From IMG/VR virus record IMGVR_UViG_3300005077_000029, positions 1-46,203 of that record: a DNA stretch of 46,203 nt; one strand, 5' to 3'. Under the pieces are notes generated by a model. That model was not told the DNA's origin. It saw only the letters and a program-made list of their open reading frames with translations, and ran no database searches. How positions within the stretch are numbered: the first letter of the stretch is position 1; each line of letters begins with the position of its first letter. This DNA is from a virus. Shown here one piece after another: positions 32,432-39,283 of the stretch. Position numbers and translations under genes: made by a program.

Positions 32432-33882
32432 ACTCCAATTCGAATAGGTTCATAGCCAAGTTCTTCCTCGTCCTCGTATACAGAATACTCCCCCTCGATT
32501 TCCCTGGCCGCCGGGTTGATGCTGGTGTAGGCCATGGCTAATGCATCGAGAAGGTCATCATGCATAGATTTGTCATCAGGCGCGTATGTGTCCATCTGGT
32601 TAATCAGTTCATGCATCGAGGGCTTGAGGTACAAACACCCCATATGTACAAGGCCGGGAAGGGCCTGCAGGATTCGGTCAGACTTTTTCCGCTGGTCCTG
32701 GATAGCATCAATCGGGAGGAAAGTGCGACGGCGAAGCATCTCCTGCTCGAGATACCATTTCAGCACCCGCTGGTATGCAATGCTTTCCACCGCAGCTTTA
32801 CGGGGCCGATAGCGCCAGACAAACTCAAAGAAGCGCGCTGCAACTGCGTCTGGCATTACCCCCCGCTCGGAGTAGTAATCCAGCACATACACATTCGTTC
32901 CGTAAAACCCCACCGCCATGACTACGTTATAGTCTGCGGTTTTGGAATCGCTCGACGCGGGGTCGATAGCAATCACCACGATCATGTTATCTGGAAGGAC
33001 GTCCCAATACTGCAGCCTGGTGACGTCGAAGTGGGTATCTTCGCCAGCAACTAACTGGCACTCCATCTCCCGCATCCAGAGCTGGTATTGCCTCCGCAGA
33101 ATCGCGGACTCTTTATCCTTCAGCAACTGTTCCGTCGGAAACCGCTCTTCCCAGCGGCTCTTGCCCGTCTCGTCGAAAATCCCGAACCGCAGGCCGTGCC
33201 ACTGCGGGTCAACCATACACTTCTCCACCACGTCATCCCGGTTCAGGGGGGTCTGCAGCAGCACCGCTTTCGCGTGGGGAGCTTCACTTGTTGGGGCCAG
33301 GGAGTTCAGCAAAGCCCCAAAAAACAGTTCCTCAATCTTCTTCCGCTGCTCCGTAGTAGCGGTGTTTTCCTCGTTCAGGATATCGTCGGCAATGATAAGG
33401 TCTGGCCGGTAATCGTCCAGGTTGAATCCGCGGATCTGGCCCGTGATACCCATAGCCATCACGGTAATCGGGACTTCATCTATCCCATGGATTATTTCAA
33501 TAATCTCATCAGTCCACTTACTCCCCCGCTGGAGTTGAAAGGTCGAGGCGAGCGGGACGTTGTGGACAACCTGACGCTTCAGCCATCGAATTGAGTGAAC
33601 CGCGTGAGCTTGTGAAACCGAGATATACATCACCGTGCGGGAGATGGCGTAGGCTACTCGCTGCATGGTGAAGGTGCGGAGAAGGGAAGTCTTTGCCCCA
33701 CCCCGAAAGACCTCGAAAGCATTAAAGCGCGAGGGACCGTAAAGGGCTTGCCCGATAGCGTCGTGGAACTCCGGGGAGCTCTGCCGGAACGTCCGAGGAA
33801 GAAAGATCCGCCCAAAATTGCGCAAGCCAACCGCGCCGAGTTTCACGGCTTCGCGAGGGTCAATGGGGATCTGCTGGATCAC
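32422..33882 (-). CDS. terL: Terminase large subunit
   Basis: 486-aa ORF with a GTG start (AAGG 7 nt upstream). Walker A-like FRGGAKTS, Walker B-like DLIIADDILNEE, nuclease-domain block VIAIDPASSDSKTADYNVVMAVG..DAL. Confidence 0.85.
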   Translation of the reverse strand: MIQQIPIDPREAVKLGAVGLRNFGRIFLPRTFRQSSPEFHDAIGQALYGPSRFNAFEVFRGGAKTSLLRTFTMQRVAYAISRTVMYISVSQAHAVHSIRWLKRQVVHNVPLASTFQLQRGSKWTDEIIEIIHGIDEVPITVMAMGITGQIRGFNLDDYRPDLIIADDILNEENTATTEQRKKIEELFFGALLNSLAPTSEAPHAKAVLLQTPLNRDDVVEKCMVDPQWHGLRFGIFDETGKSRWEERFPTEQLLKDKESAILRRQYQLWMREMECQLVAGEDTHFDVTRLQYWDVLPDNMIVVIAIDPASSDSKTADYNVVMAVGFYGTNVYVLDYYSERGVMPDAVAARFFEFVWRYRPRKAAVESIAYQRVLKWYLEQEMLRRRTFLPIDAIQDQRKKSDRILQALPGLVHMGCLYLKPSMHELINQMDTYAPDDKSMHDDLLDALAMAYTSINPAAREIEGEYSVYEDEEELGYEPIRIGVCP

Positions 33883-33927
33883 GTCAACGCCTTACGGGTG
33901 GCTTCTTACCCTTACACTTCTTTGCCA

Positions 33928-34389
33928 TCACGGCCTCCAGATATGCACACCAAAGCCCCGGCCCGCCCACTCTGCTGGACTTGCCACAAGTTCGACCGGC
34001 TCGGGGCAGACAATAAGCGGATCATACCACTTCACAATCTCGAGTATTGCAACCGGTTTGCCAAAAAGATACTCGAGCAGGGGGGCGTAAACGAGCCGAA
34101 GCTGCTCCCAGGCCCCGGGAGTATGTTGGTATTTAACCTCGACCAGAAGAACTCTTTCTCCAAGGTCCACATACCCATCGGGCTGACACCACCGAGGCCC
34201 GGCGTCGTCGGAGAATTGAATCCACTGATTAGCACACCACTGTGGAAATATTCCGCGGAGGTAACCATGGACGAGTCGTTCATACTTCACACCCTGAAGT
34301 TTTCGCCCCCTGGGCCGGGATTGTTTGAGCTTCGGGGGAGGGGAGGGACTGAGCCTCACCCACTTCAAGTTCCGGACTGGGACTCGCAT
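33928..34389 (-). CDS. PD-(D/E)xK-fold nuclease
   Basis: 153-aa ORF with motif QPDGYVDLGERVLLVEVKYQ (D..E-x-K). ATG 34389 (GGGAG upstream) overlaps the TerS-like gene by 110 nt; a GTG near 34290 is an alternative start. Confidence 0.6.
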   Translation of the reverse strand: MRVPVRNLKWVRLSPSPPPKLKQSRPRGRKLQGVKYERLVHGYLRGIFPQWCANQWIQFSDDAGPRWCQPDGYVDLGERVLLVEVKYQHTPGAWEQLRLVYAPLLEYLFGKPVAILEIVKWYDPLIVCPEPVELVASPAEWAGRGFGVHIWRP

Positions 34390-34918
34390 TTACAGCTCCC
34401 GCAATGACGGTGCTCCGCGCCTCGGCCAGTTCCGACGCGGAGACGCTAACAAAAACTTGCTGCACCGGCCCCGGCCCGGGGGAACGGGCAGACGTCGGGG
34501 CATACCCGAGCCGATGGAGAGCCTTATCGAAGACATCAATTGCCACCTCCGGGGACTCCGTCTCCGACACAATCTGGCTGACCTTTTCAATCGCCAGGTC
34601 CGCAAGCCCACGAAGCTTTGCCGGAATGTCCTGAGCCACGTGGAGAAAGACCTCCCGGTGCTTGGCCTGGAGTTCTTGCTGGAAAAGGTCCGAGTGGATC
34701 AAGCGGGACAGCCAGGGCTGGGAATACCCGAAGGAGTCTGCGCATTCTCGGAGCGACTTCTCTGGGTTAGCAATGAGCCAGTTCATGACTGCCTCATGCG
34801 TGTGGGAAAGGCGGGCGATGGCCTGGTCCGGCGGGCGGGCAAGGCGCTCAGCGATTTCGGGGGGAAGGGCCGGGTTCTCCATGGGCCGGAGTATATGCCG
34901 CCGGGCGGACCGGCGCAA
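34280..34918 (-). CDS. HTH protein, putative terminase small subunit
   Basis: First gene of the late arm. The start is TTG 34918 or ATG 34882. HTH-like SLRECADSFGYSQPWLSRLI. Function is inferred from its position next to TerL. Confidence 0.5.
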   Translation of the reverse strand: MRRSARRHILRPMENPALPPEIAERLARPPDQAIARLSHTHEAVMNWLIANPEKSLRECADSFGYSQPWLSRLIHSDLFQQELQAKHREVFLHVAQDIPAKLRGLADLAIEKVSQIVSETESPEVAIDVFDKALHRLGYAPTSARSPGPGPVQQVFVSVSASELAEARSTVIAGAVNASPSPELEVGEAQSLPSPEAQTIPAQGAKTSGCEV

Positions 34919-34942
34919 GGGGAGCTTTGGGGCGTGTTATTT

Positions 34943-34950
34943 CCCCGGGG
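34943..34950. promoter_or_regulatory. Single CCCCGGGG core in the late-arm leader
   Basis: tttCCCCGGGGattttc, 25-60 nt upstream of the candidate starts of the first late gene. Confidence 0.5.
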
Positions 34951-35024
34951 ATTTTCACAATTGCTTGCAGCGCCGCTGGTGGCTTTCCCCCCTACATACC
35001 GCACGATCAGGGGGGGTGGGTGGG

Positions 35025-35053
35025 TTGCATTCAGGTGGACGACATGCGATAAT
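35025..35053 (+). promoter_or_regulatory. Sigma70-type promoter P1 (early arm)
   Basis: TTGCAT (35025-35030), 17-nt spacer, GATAAT (35048-35053). Confidence 0.65.
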
Positions 35054-35057
35054 ACCA
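35049..35057 (-). promoter_or_regulatory. Possible extended -10 promoter for the late arm
   Basis: The minus strand reads TGgTATTAT (reverse complement of 35049-35057) and overlaps the -10 of P1; no good -35 is present. Confidence 0.3.
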
Positions 35058-35060
35058 CTC

Positions 35061-35083
35061 AATGCCATGTGACAGGTGGCATT
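35061..35083. promoter_or_regulatory. 7-bp inverted repeat (operator-like) just downstream of P1
   Basis: AATGCCA-n9-TGGCATT. Confidence 0.4.
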
Positions 35084-35140
35084 ATGGGGTGTTACCCTAA
35101 CCGCGCCGGGACGGTCTACCCGGATTGAATGGAGAGTGCT

Positions 35141-35617
35141 ATGAAAAAGCAAAGTATCGACTGGGTGAAAGACGACACGATTGAAATCAAGTACGGCAAC
35201 GGCTTGGTATTCACAGGCGATTGTCTTGATCTACCCGAGGATATCTACCAGCCCTGCGCCGCAGCCCGGCACGGGATTGCCCAGAAGCTGGGCGATGCGA
35301 AATCCGGTGGAACGGCTGCGGAGAAACATGCCGAGGTGGTGGAGATTTGGGCAAGCCTTCTGGGTAATGCCTGGAACCGTCGCGCCACCGGAGCAGGGGT
35401 TGAAGCCTTGATCGAACGGGCTTATGCCATCCTGGCCGGGAAGGCCGGGCAACCCGAGGCCCAGGCCGAGGTATGGTATGAGCAGTACCTGGAAATGGAC
35501 GAGGCGAAGCGGGAAATGGTCCGGGCGAAACCCTTCATGAAGGCCGCGATTGAAGCGGCCAGGGCCGAACGGAAGCTCGGTGGGACGACAACCGAAGAGT
35601 TCAATCCGAACGCGTAA
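35141..35617 (+). CDS. Early protein, paralog A (ends ..EEFNPNA)
   Basis: ATG 35141 is preceded by GGAGAG (35131-35136). It shares LPE[DE]I, HG[IL]xQKLGDA, W..L.G.W and a C-terminal [EQ]EF[ND]PNA with 36876..37418. A canonical terminator follows. Confidence 0.75.
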   Translation: MKKQSIDWVKDDTIEIKYGNGLVFTGDCLDLPEDIYQPCAAARHGIAQKLGDAKSGGTAAEKHAEVVEIWASLLGNAWNRRATGAGVEALIERAYAILAGKAGQPEAQAEVWYEQYLEMDEAKREMVRAKPFMKAAIEAARAERKLGGTTTEEFNPNA

Positions 35618-35634
35618 CCCCAGCGCAAACCCCC

Positions 35635-35658
35635 AGCCCGGCTTCGGCCGGGTTTTTT
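35635..35658 (+). terminator. Intrinsic terminator
   Basis: gcccggc-ttcg-gccgggt stem-loop (TTCG tetraloop) followed by T6 at 35653-35658. Confidence 0.85.
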
Positions 35659-35673
35659 CTTTCCACCCCGGGC

Positions 35674-35721
35674 CTGCAGTAGGGCGCTCGAGCCGTCCCG
35701 CCGCTGCAGTAGGGCGCTCGA
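35674..35721. repeat. Two 18-bp perfect direct repeats, 30-bp period
   Basis: ctgcagtagggcgctcga at 35674-35691 and 35704-35721. Confidence 0.9.
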
Positions 35722-35729
35722 CCGAGAAG

Positions 35730-36198
35730 CAAATTTCCCGGGCCGGTTCCCCGGTGTTCCCCCCGATTTCCCTCTAGGCTCCCCCTAGTTCAGTTCCCCC
35801 GGTGTACCCCCGGAGTAGGTGGTAGTAGGTGGAAAGACGCCGTAGGTGCCTAGTTCGGGTTACCCCCCTCTCTCTAGATCCCCGGGGATATTTACCCGGG
35901 GAATCCCCACCCTAATCCCCGGGGACTTTCAGCCTCACCCTCTCAGCTCCCTAGTTCCCCGGGGATCTACCGTTCTTTCTTTTAAATATTTTTTTTAGTA
36001 AAAAGACATACGGATCGGAATATCGGGAGACTGGGCCACCCACACAAATTTCCCCGGGGATAGAAAGAGAGGGGGTTTCCCCTACCTACGTATCTACGGC
36101 ACCTTACCACCTACTACCACCTACTACCGCAAACGCCGGGGGGACACGGGGGGCACCGAGGGCTCCCACACCGGGGGAACACCGGCCCGGGAGATTTG
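35730..36198. promoter_or_regulatory. Large modular imperfect palindrome with iterons, CCCCGGGG cores and AT-rich centre (candidate origin or regulatory hub)
   Basis: The left arm (35730-35893) and the reverse complement of the right arm (36046-36198) share ordered blocks: caaatNtcccgggccggt, ttccccc-ggtgt, GGTAGTAGGT tandem 10-mers (35811-35832 vs 36107-36128), gccgtag, ccccctctct, atCCCCGGGGa. CCCCGGGG cores start at 35880, 35917, 35957 and 36052. AT-rich tract at 35974-36010. Confidence 0.6.
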
Positions 36199-36207
36199 AA
36201 ACTGGAC

Positions 36208-36236
36208 TTGCAATACTCACATCGGGGGGTTATAAT
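36208..36236 (+). promoter_or_regulatory. Sigma70-type promoter P2
   Basis: TTGCAA (36208-36213), 17-nt spacer, TATAAT (36231-36236). Confidence 0.7.
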
Positions 36237-36294
36237 GCAACGGAAATGTCCACCCGTAGCACCACCCGCAGTTAACACCTTAAAGGAGAATGAA

Positions 36295-36789
36295 ATGCCG
36301 AGATCGAATAATATTGCAGCTTACCCGGAGCAGCTTTTCGCAGTTGCACACGCAGTGAGGGATACGAGAAGGCCAGTGGAGATTGAGCTCTCAACGGAGA
36401 AGGAGGTGGAATATCTACGAATGCAGTGGTACGGGTTTCTCAACGCTTATACAAAGCAGAGTGGGGATGAAAGCATCCGGGCAGTAATGTGTGCGCGGCT
36501 GGCACCGGCTCGGACTGGAGAGTCCTGGAGGCTACGGTTCTCGCACCGGGACACACCGCCGACGATGCAGGCGCTCGGACGTGCTCTGGCGGCCGCGCTC
36601 CAGTCCACTCCTCAGGACACCCGTCCACCCGAGGGTCCACCCGCCAGTCCACCCGCAGCTCAACCCCCAGTCTACCACCACCCCAGGCTGCCCGAGTCCC
36701 CACTTGCCCGCGCAGAGGCGTCGGAGGAATTCGAGGCGGCGATCGATGCGTGGCTGGGCGCGGACGGAGCGAATGAAAAAAGTTCTTGA
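36295..36789 (+). CDS. Hypothetical 164-aa protein with Pro-rich C-terminal half
   Basis: ATG 36295 with AAGGAG 7 nt upstream; the upstream TTG 36196 in the ORF track lies inside the promoter and palindrome. Confidence 0.65.
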   Translation: MPRSNNIAAYPEQLFAVAHAVRDTRRPVEIELSTEKEVEYLRMQWYGFLNAYTKQSGDESIRAVMCARLAPARTGESWRLRFSHRDTPPTMQALGRALAAALQSTPQDTRPPEGPPASPPAAQPPVYHHPRLPESPLARAEASEEFEAAIDAWLGADGANEKSS

Positions 36790-36814
36790 CAGCTCGGGCA
36801 CCCCGGAATACAAT
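36786..36814 (+). promoter_or_regulatory. Sigma70-type promoter P3
   Basis: TTGACA (36786-36791), 17-nt spacer ending caCCCCGGAA, TACAAT (36809-36814). Confidence 0.7.
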
Positions 36815-36875
36815 AATAATTCCGGGCCAAGCACACCCGGAGTGAAACTACCTCAACCCTTGAAAAGGAATCATC

Positions 36876-37418
36876 ATGGCTTTTATCGAAAAAGAATACG
36901 ACTTGGATGCGAAAAGCTCCACCATCAGTGTTGGCGGTGACGCGCTGGAGTTCGACACGAACGAACTGCCGGAGGAAATCCGCGTTACCCTGATGCTTCA
37001 CGGTCTGAACCAGAAGCTGGGCGACGCCCTGGCCGGTCTGAAGGCCGCGATGGCCAAGGCCACGGGCAAGGAGACCAAGGACATCTCCGACGACGAGATC
37101 AAGCCCAAGGCAGTGGAAACCCTCCGCGATCTGTGGGGCCAGCTGGTCAACGGCGACTGGCGCGCAGCCCGTGGCGAAGGGGAAGCGAAGCCCCGCGTCA
37201 CCGAGGTTGCCCTGGCCATTTCCCGCCTGCAGAACATCTCCGTGGAGCAGGCCACTTCCCTGGTCAACTCGGTGGACAAGGAGAAGCTGGCGAAGTGGCG
37301 CGCTCACCCGCAGATGAAGCTGGCCATCAGCCAGATCCGCGCGGAGAAGGCTCAGGCCAAACTGGCCGCCGAAATGGCCAAGGCCGGCTCGGTGCAAGAG
37401 TTCGACCCCAACGCCTAA
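36876..37418 (+). CDS. Early protein, paralog B (ends ..QEFDPNA)
   Basis: 180-aa ORF with AAAGGA upstream; shares motifs with 35141..35617; a canonical terminator follows. Confidence 0.75.
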   Translation: MAFIEKEYDLDAKSSTISVGGDALEFDTNELPEEIRVTLMLHGLNQKLGDALAGLKAAMAKATGKETKDISDDEIKPKAVETLRDLWGQLVNGDWRAARGEGEAKPRVTEVALAISRLQNISVEQATSLVNSVDKEKLAKWRAHPQMKLAISQIRAEKAQAKLAAEMAKAGSVQEFDPNA

Positions 37419-37440
37419 GCCCAGGCCACGGGTACAGCAA

Positions 37441-37469
37441 AGCCTGGGAGAACAACCCCAGGCTTTTTT
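37441..37469 (+). terminator. Intrinsic terminator
   Basis: agcctggg-agaacaac-cccaggct followed by TTTTTT. Confidence 0.85.
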
Positions 37470-37512
37470 ATTGGCCGTTGACTAACACCGGGTTAGGTAA
37501 TGGAGGTAAGAA

Positions 37513-37884
37513 ATGCGACTTGTAATTATTGAAAGCCCGTTCGCTGGTGACGTAGAGGCCAACACGGAATACGCAAGGGCGGCGGTGCGCGATTCTCTTA
37601 TGCGCGGAGAGGCGCCGATAGCCAGCCACCTACTTTACACGCAGCCCGGCGTATTGCGGGACGACGTTCCAGAGGAAAGGCAACACGGAATAGACGCGGG
37701 GCTTGCGTGGCTTGCCGTGGCAACAGTGACCGCTGTTTATACGGATCGAGGTATCAGCCGAGGGATGCAGTACGGAATCAAGGCGGCGCAGGATGCTGGG
37801 GTTCTGGTGGAGTACAGAACGCTAATGCCCAACGCTGACGTAACCGGCCTGGCGCCGAAAGGAGAAGAACATGGGACACAATGA
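37513..37884 (+). CDS. Conserved phage protein, possibly with a nucleoside 2-deoxyribosyltransferase-like (Rossmann) fold
   Basis: 123-aa ORF with GGAGG upstream; pattern VIIESPFAGD..N..YA..GEAPIASHLLY..ER..GI..AVYTDRGISRGM. The fold suggestion is from memory and is weak. Confidence 0.5.
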   Translation: MRLVIIESPFAGDVEANTEYARAAVRDSLMRGEAPIASHLLYTQPGVLRDDVPEERQHGIDAGLAWLAVATVTAVYTDRGISRGMQYGIKAAQDAGVLVEYRTLMPNADVTGLAPKGEEHGTQ

Positions 37885-38230
37885 TGCAGTTTGCGACCTG
37901 ATGGTAGAGAATGGCAACCTGAAGCGGCTGCTGACTGAATGCCAAGCCCGCGAGGCGAAGTTGCGGGATTTCATAGATGTATGTATAGAGCTTGATGACT
38001 ACCTTCCAGTAACTGTGCTCGCCGCACTAGATGAAGTGCGTGATATACAGTCCGACAACTCCGCCCTGCGCGAAGCCCTCAAACAAGCCAAACGCGAAGC
38101 GTTACTGGAAGCTGCGGACTGGTGCAAGATTAGCGCGGCTGAACAAGACGCCCTGGGCGAAGACGAGTTTGCAACAGGCCTTCGCATTGCAGGCGACCAT
38201 TTTCTCCACATAGCAGAGGAGCTGAAATGA
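37871..38230 (+). CDS. Hypothetical coiled-coil protein
   Basis: 119-aa ORF with AGGAGAAG upstream; 14-nt overlap with the previous gene. Confidence 0.6.
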   Translation: MGHNDAVCDLMVENGNLKRLLTECQAREAKLRDFIDVCIELDDYLPVTVLAALDEVRDIQSDNSALREALKQAKREALLEAADWCKISAAEQDALGEDEFATGLRIAGDHFLHIAEELK

Positions 38231-38676
38231 TGACAGAACGCGAGCGCGCGATTGCGAGACAGGCTTACCAAACTGGGTATGGGCGTGGTCACAACGACAC
38301 CGTAGAAGGACGTTACAACAGCGTTTGTGAACACGAAAACGATTGCGCCGATGAATGGATTGAAGAATGGCAAGACGCCTTTAAACAGGCCGCGAGTCAG
38401 CAAGAGCCGGCGGCTTGGATATTTGATAGCAACTATGAGTGCCTTCTACCATACGAAGTGGAAAAAGAAACTTTGGTTAACAACCCAGGACTTTATACAC
38501 CCCTCTACCTCCACCCAGCGCCAATCCCTCTCGGCTGGAAACTAGTGCCGGAAGAGCCGACGGAATCAATGCAGCTGGCTTATACAAAATGTAAAACAGA
38601 AGCCGGGTTTCGTTGGGCAAGGCATCAATGGAAAGCCATGCTTGCCGCCGCACCTGAATACAAGGAGCCAAAATGA
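38227..38676 (+). CDS. Hypothetical protein
   Basis: 149-aa ORF; ATGA overlap with the previous gene. Confidence 0.6.
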   Translation: MMTERERAIARQAYQTGYGRGHNDTVEGRYNSVCEHENDCADEWIEEWQDAFKQAASQQEPAAWIFDSNYECLLPYEVEKETLVNNPGLYTPLYLHPAPIPLGWKLVPEEPTESMQLAYTKCKTEAGFRWARHQWKAMLAAAPEYKEPK

Positions 38677-38975
38677 CCACCTCCCCCTCCCAACTCCCAA
38701 CAAAACTCGAGATCATCCTGGCCCTTTGCACCCCCTCAATCACCCGACGATCTTTCATCAAAATCTACGGGAAGACTGAAACCCTGATCAACTACGCAGT
38801 CTCCCGTGGGTTGGTAGCTCGCAGCAAGACCCCCGAGGGGACTGTGTACACCAGAACCTCGGTGCCATACATCCCCGCCTCGGAAGCCCGCCGCAGGGCC
38901 ATCAACCGCAACCGAGACCCCAAAACGGGCCGGATAGCCCGCCAAAAAATGATGGCAGACCATAAGGTCTGCTAA
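38673..38975 (+). CDS. Hypothetical basic protein, possible winged-helix DNA binder
   Basis: 100-aa ORF with an ATGA overlap; basic C-terminus (RRRAINRNRDPKTGRIARQK). Confidence 0.5.
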   Translation: MTTSPSQLPTKLEIILALCTPSITRRSFIKIYGKTETLINYAVSRGLVARSKTPEGTVYTRTSVPYIPASEARRRAINRNRDPKTGRIARQKMMADHKVC

Positions 38976-38989
38976 CGACAGAAAGGATC

Positions 38990-39142
38990 ATGACTATGTG
39001 GTACGAAGGAATATTGAAAGGGATGGTAATGTTCTTCATCATTTGTATAGTGCTTGCATTTGCATTGGGCGCTGGCCTAATGTGGGCTGCGCCGAAAGTA
39101 TGGGAGTGGGTGAAACCTATTATACATGCCGCGACGGCATGA
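38990..39142 (+). CDS. 50-aa single-pass membrane peptide (below the ORF-track cutoff)
   Basis: My own translation is MTMWYEGILKGMVMFFIICIVLAFALGAGLMWAAPKVWEWVKPIIHAATA. GAAAGGA lies upstream. It competes with the less protein-like ORF 38998..39192. Confidence 0.4.
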   Translation: MTMWYEGILKGMVMFFIICIVLAFALGAGLMWAAPKVWEWVKPIIHAATA

Positions 39143-39188
39143 CACCGAAGCCCGCCAAAAAATATTTGCGGAGTGAAGCAAAAAGGGG

Positions 39189-39217
39189 TTGACAAACTGG
39201 TCCCCGGGGAATACCAT
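39189..39217 (+). promoter_or_regulatory. Sigma70-type promoter P4 overlapping a dyad element
   Basis: TTGACA (39189-39194), 17-nt spacer ending tCCCCGGGGAA, TACCAT (39212-39217). Confidence 0.6.
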
Positions 39218-39232
39218 ATATATTCCCCGGGG
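39202..39232. repeat. 31-bp CCCCGGGG dyad element, perfect copy
   Basis: CCCCGGGGAATA-ccatata-TATTCCCCGGGG. Confidence 0.9.
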
Positions 39233-39283
39233 CATTCCGCCCTCACTGTGCCGGGTCAGTCCATACCCGATTAGGAGCAAAGC

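Noticed and set aside
34032-34283. 83-aa ORF in a third frame within the PD-(D/E)xK nuclease gene
   Set aside because: It is a Ser/Gly/Pro-rich off-frame translation, whereas the nuclease frame carries the catalytic D..ExK core.
35880-36059. CRISPR-like array from the clustered CCCCGGGG repeats
   Set aside because: The repeat units are only 8-12 bp and palindromic, their spacing is irregular (37, 40 and 95 nt), and there are no cas genes.
35730-36198. Telomere-resolution (protelomerase) site of a linear plasmid-prophage
   Set aside because: A large palindrome is present, but no protelomerase-like ORF exists, the arms are modular and imperfect rather than a tight hairpin-forming telO, and the contig closes as a circle.
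37471-37512. Promoter upstream of 37513 (TTGACT at ~37479)
   Set aside because: No acceptable -10 hexamer lies at 16-18 nt spacing. The gene may be expressed by readthrough or from a weak promoter that I cannot define.
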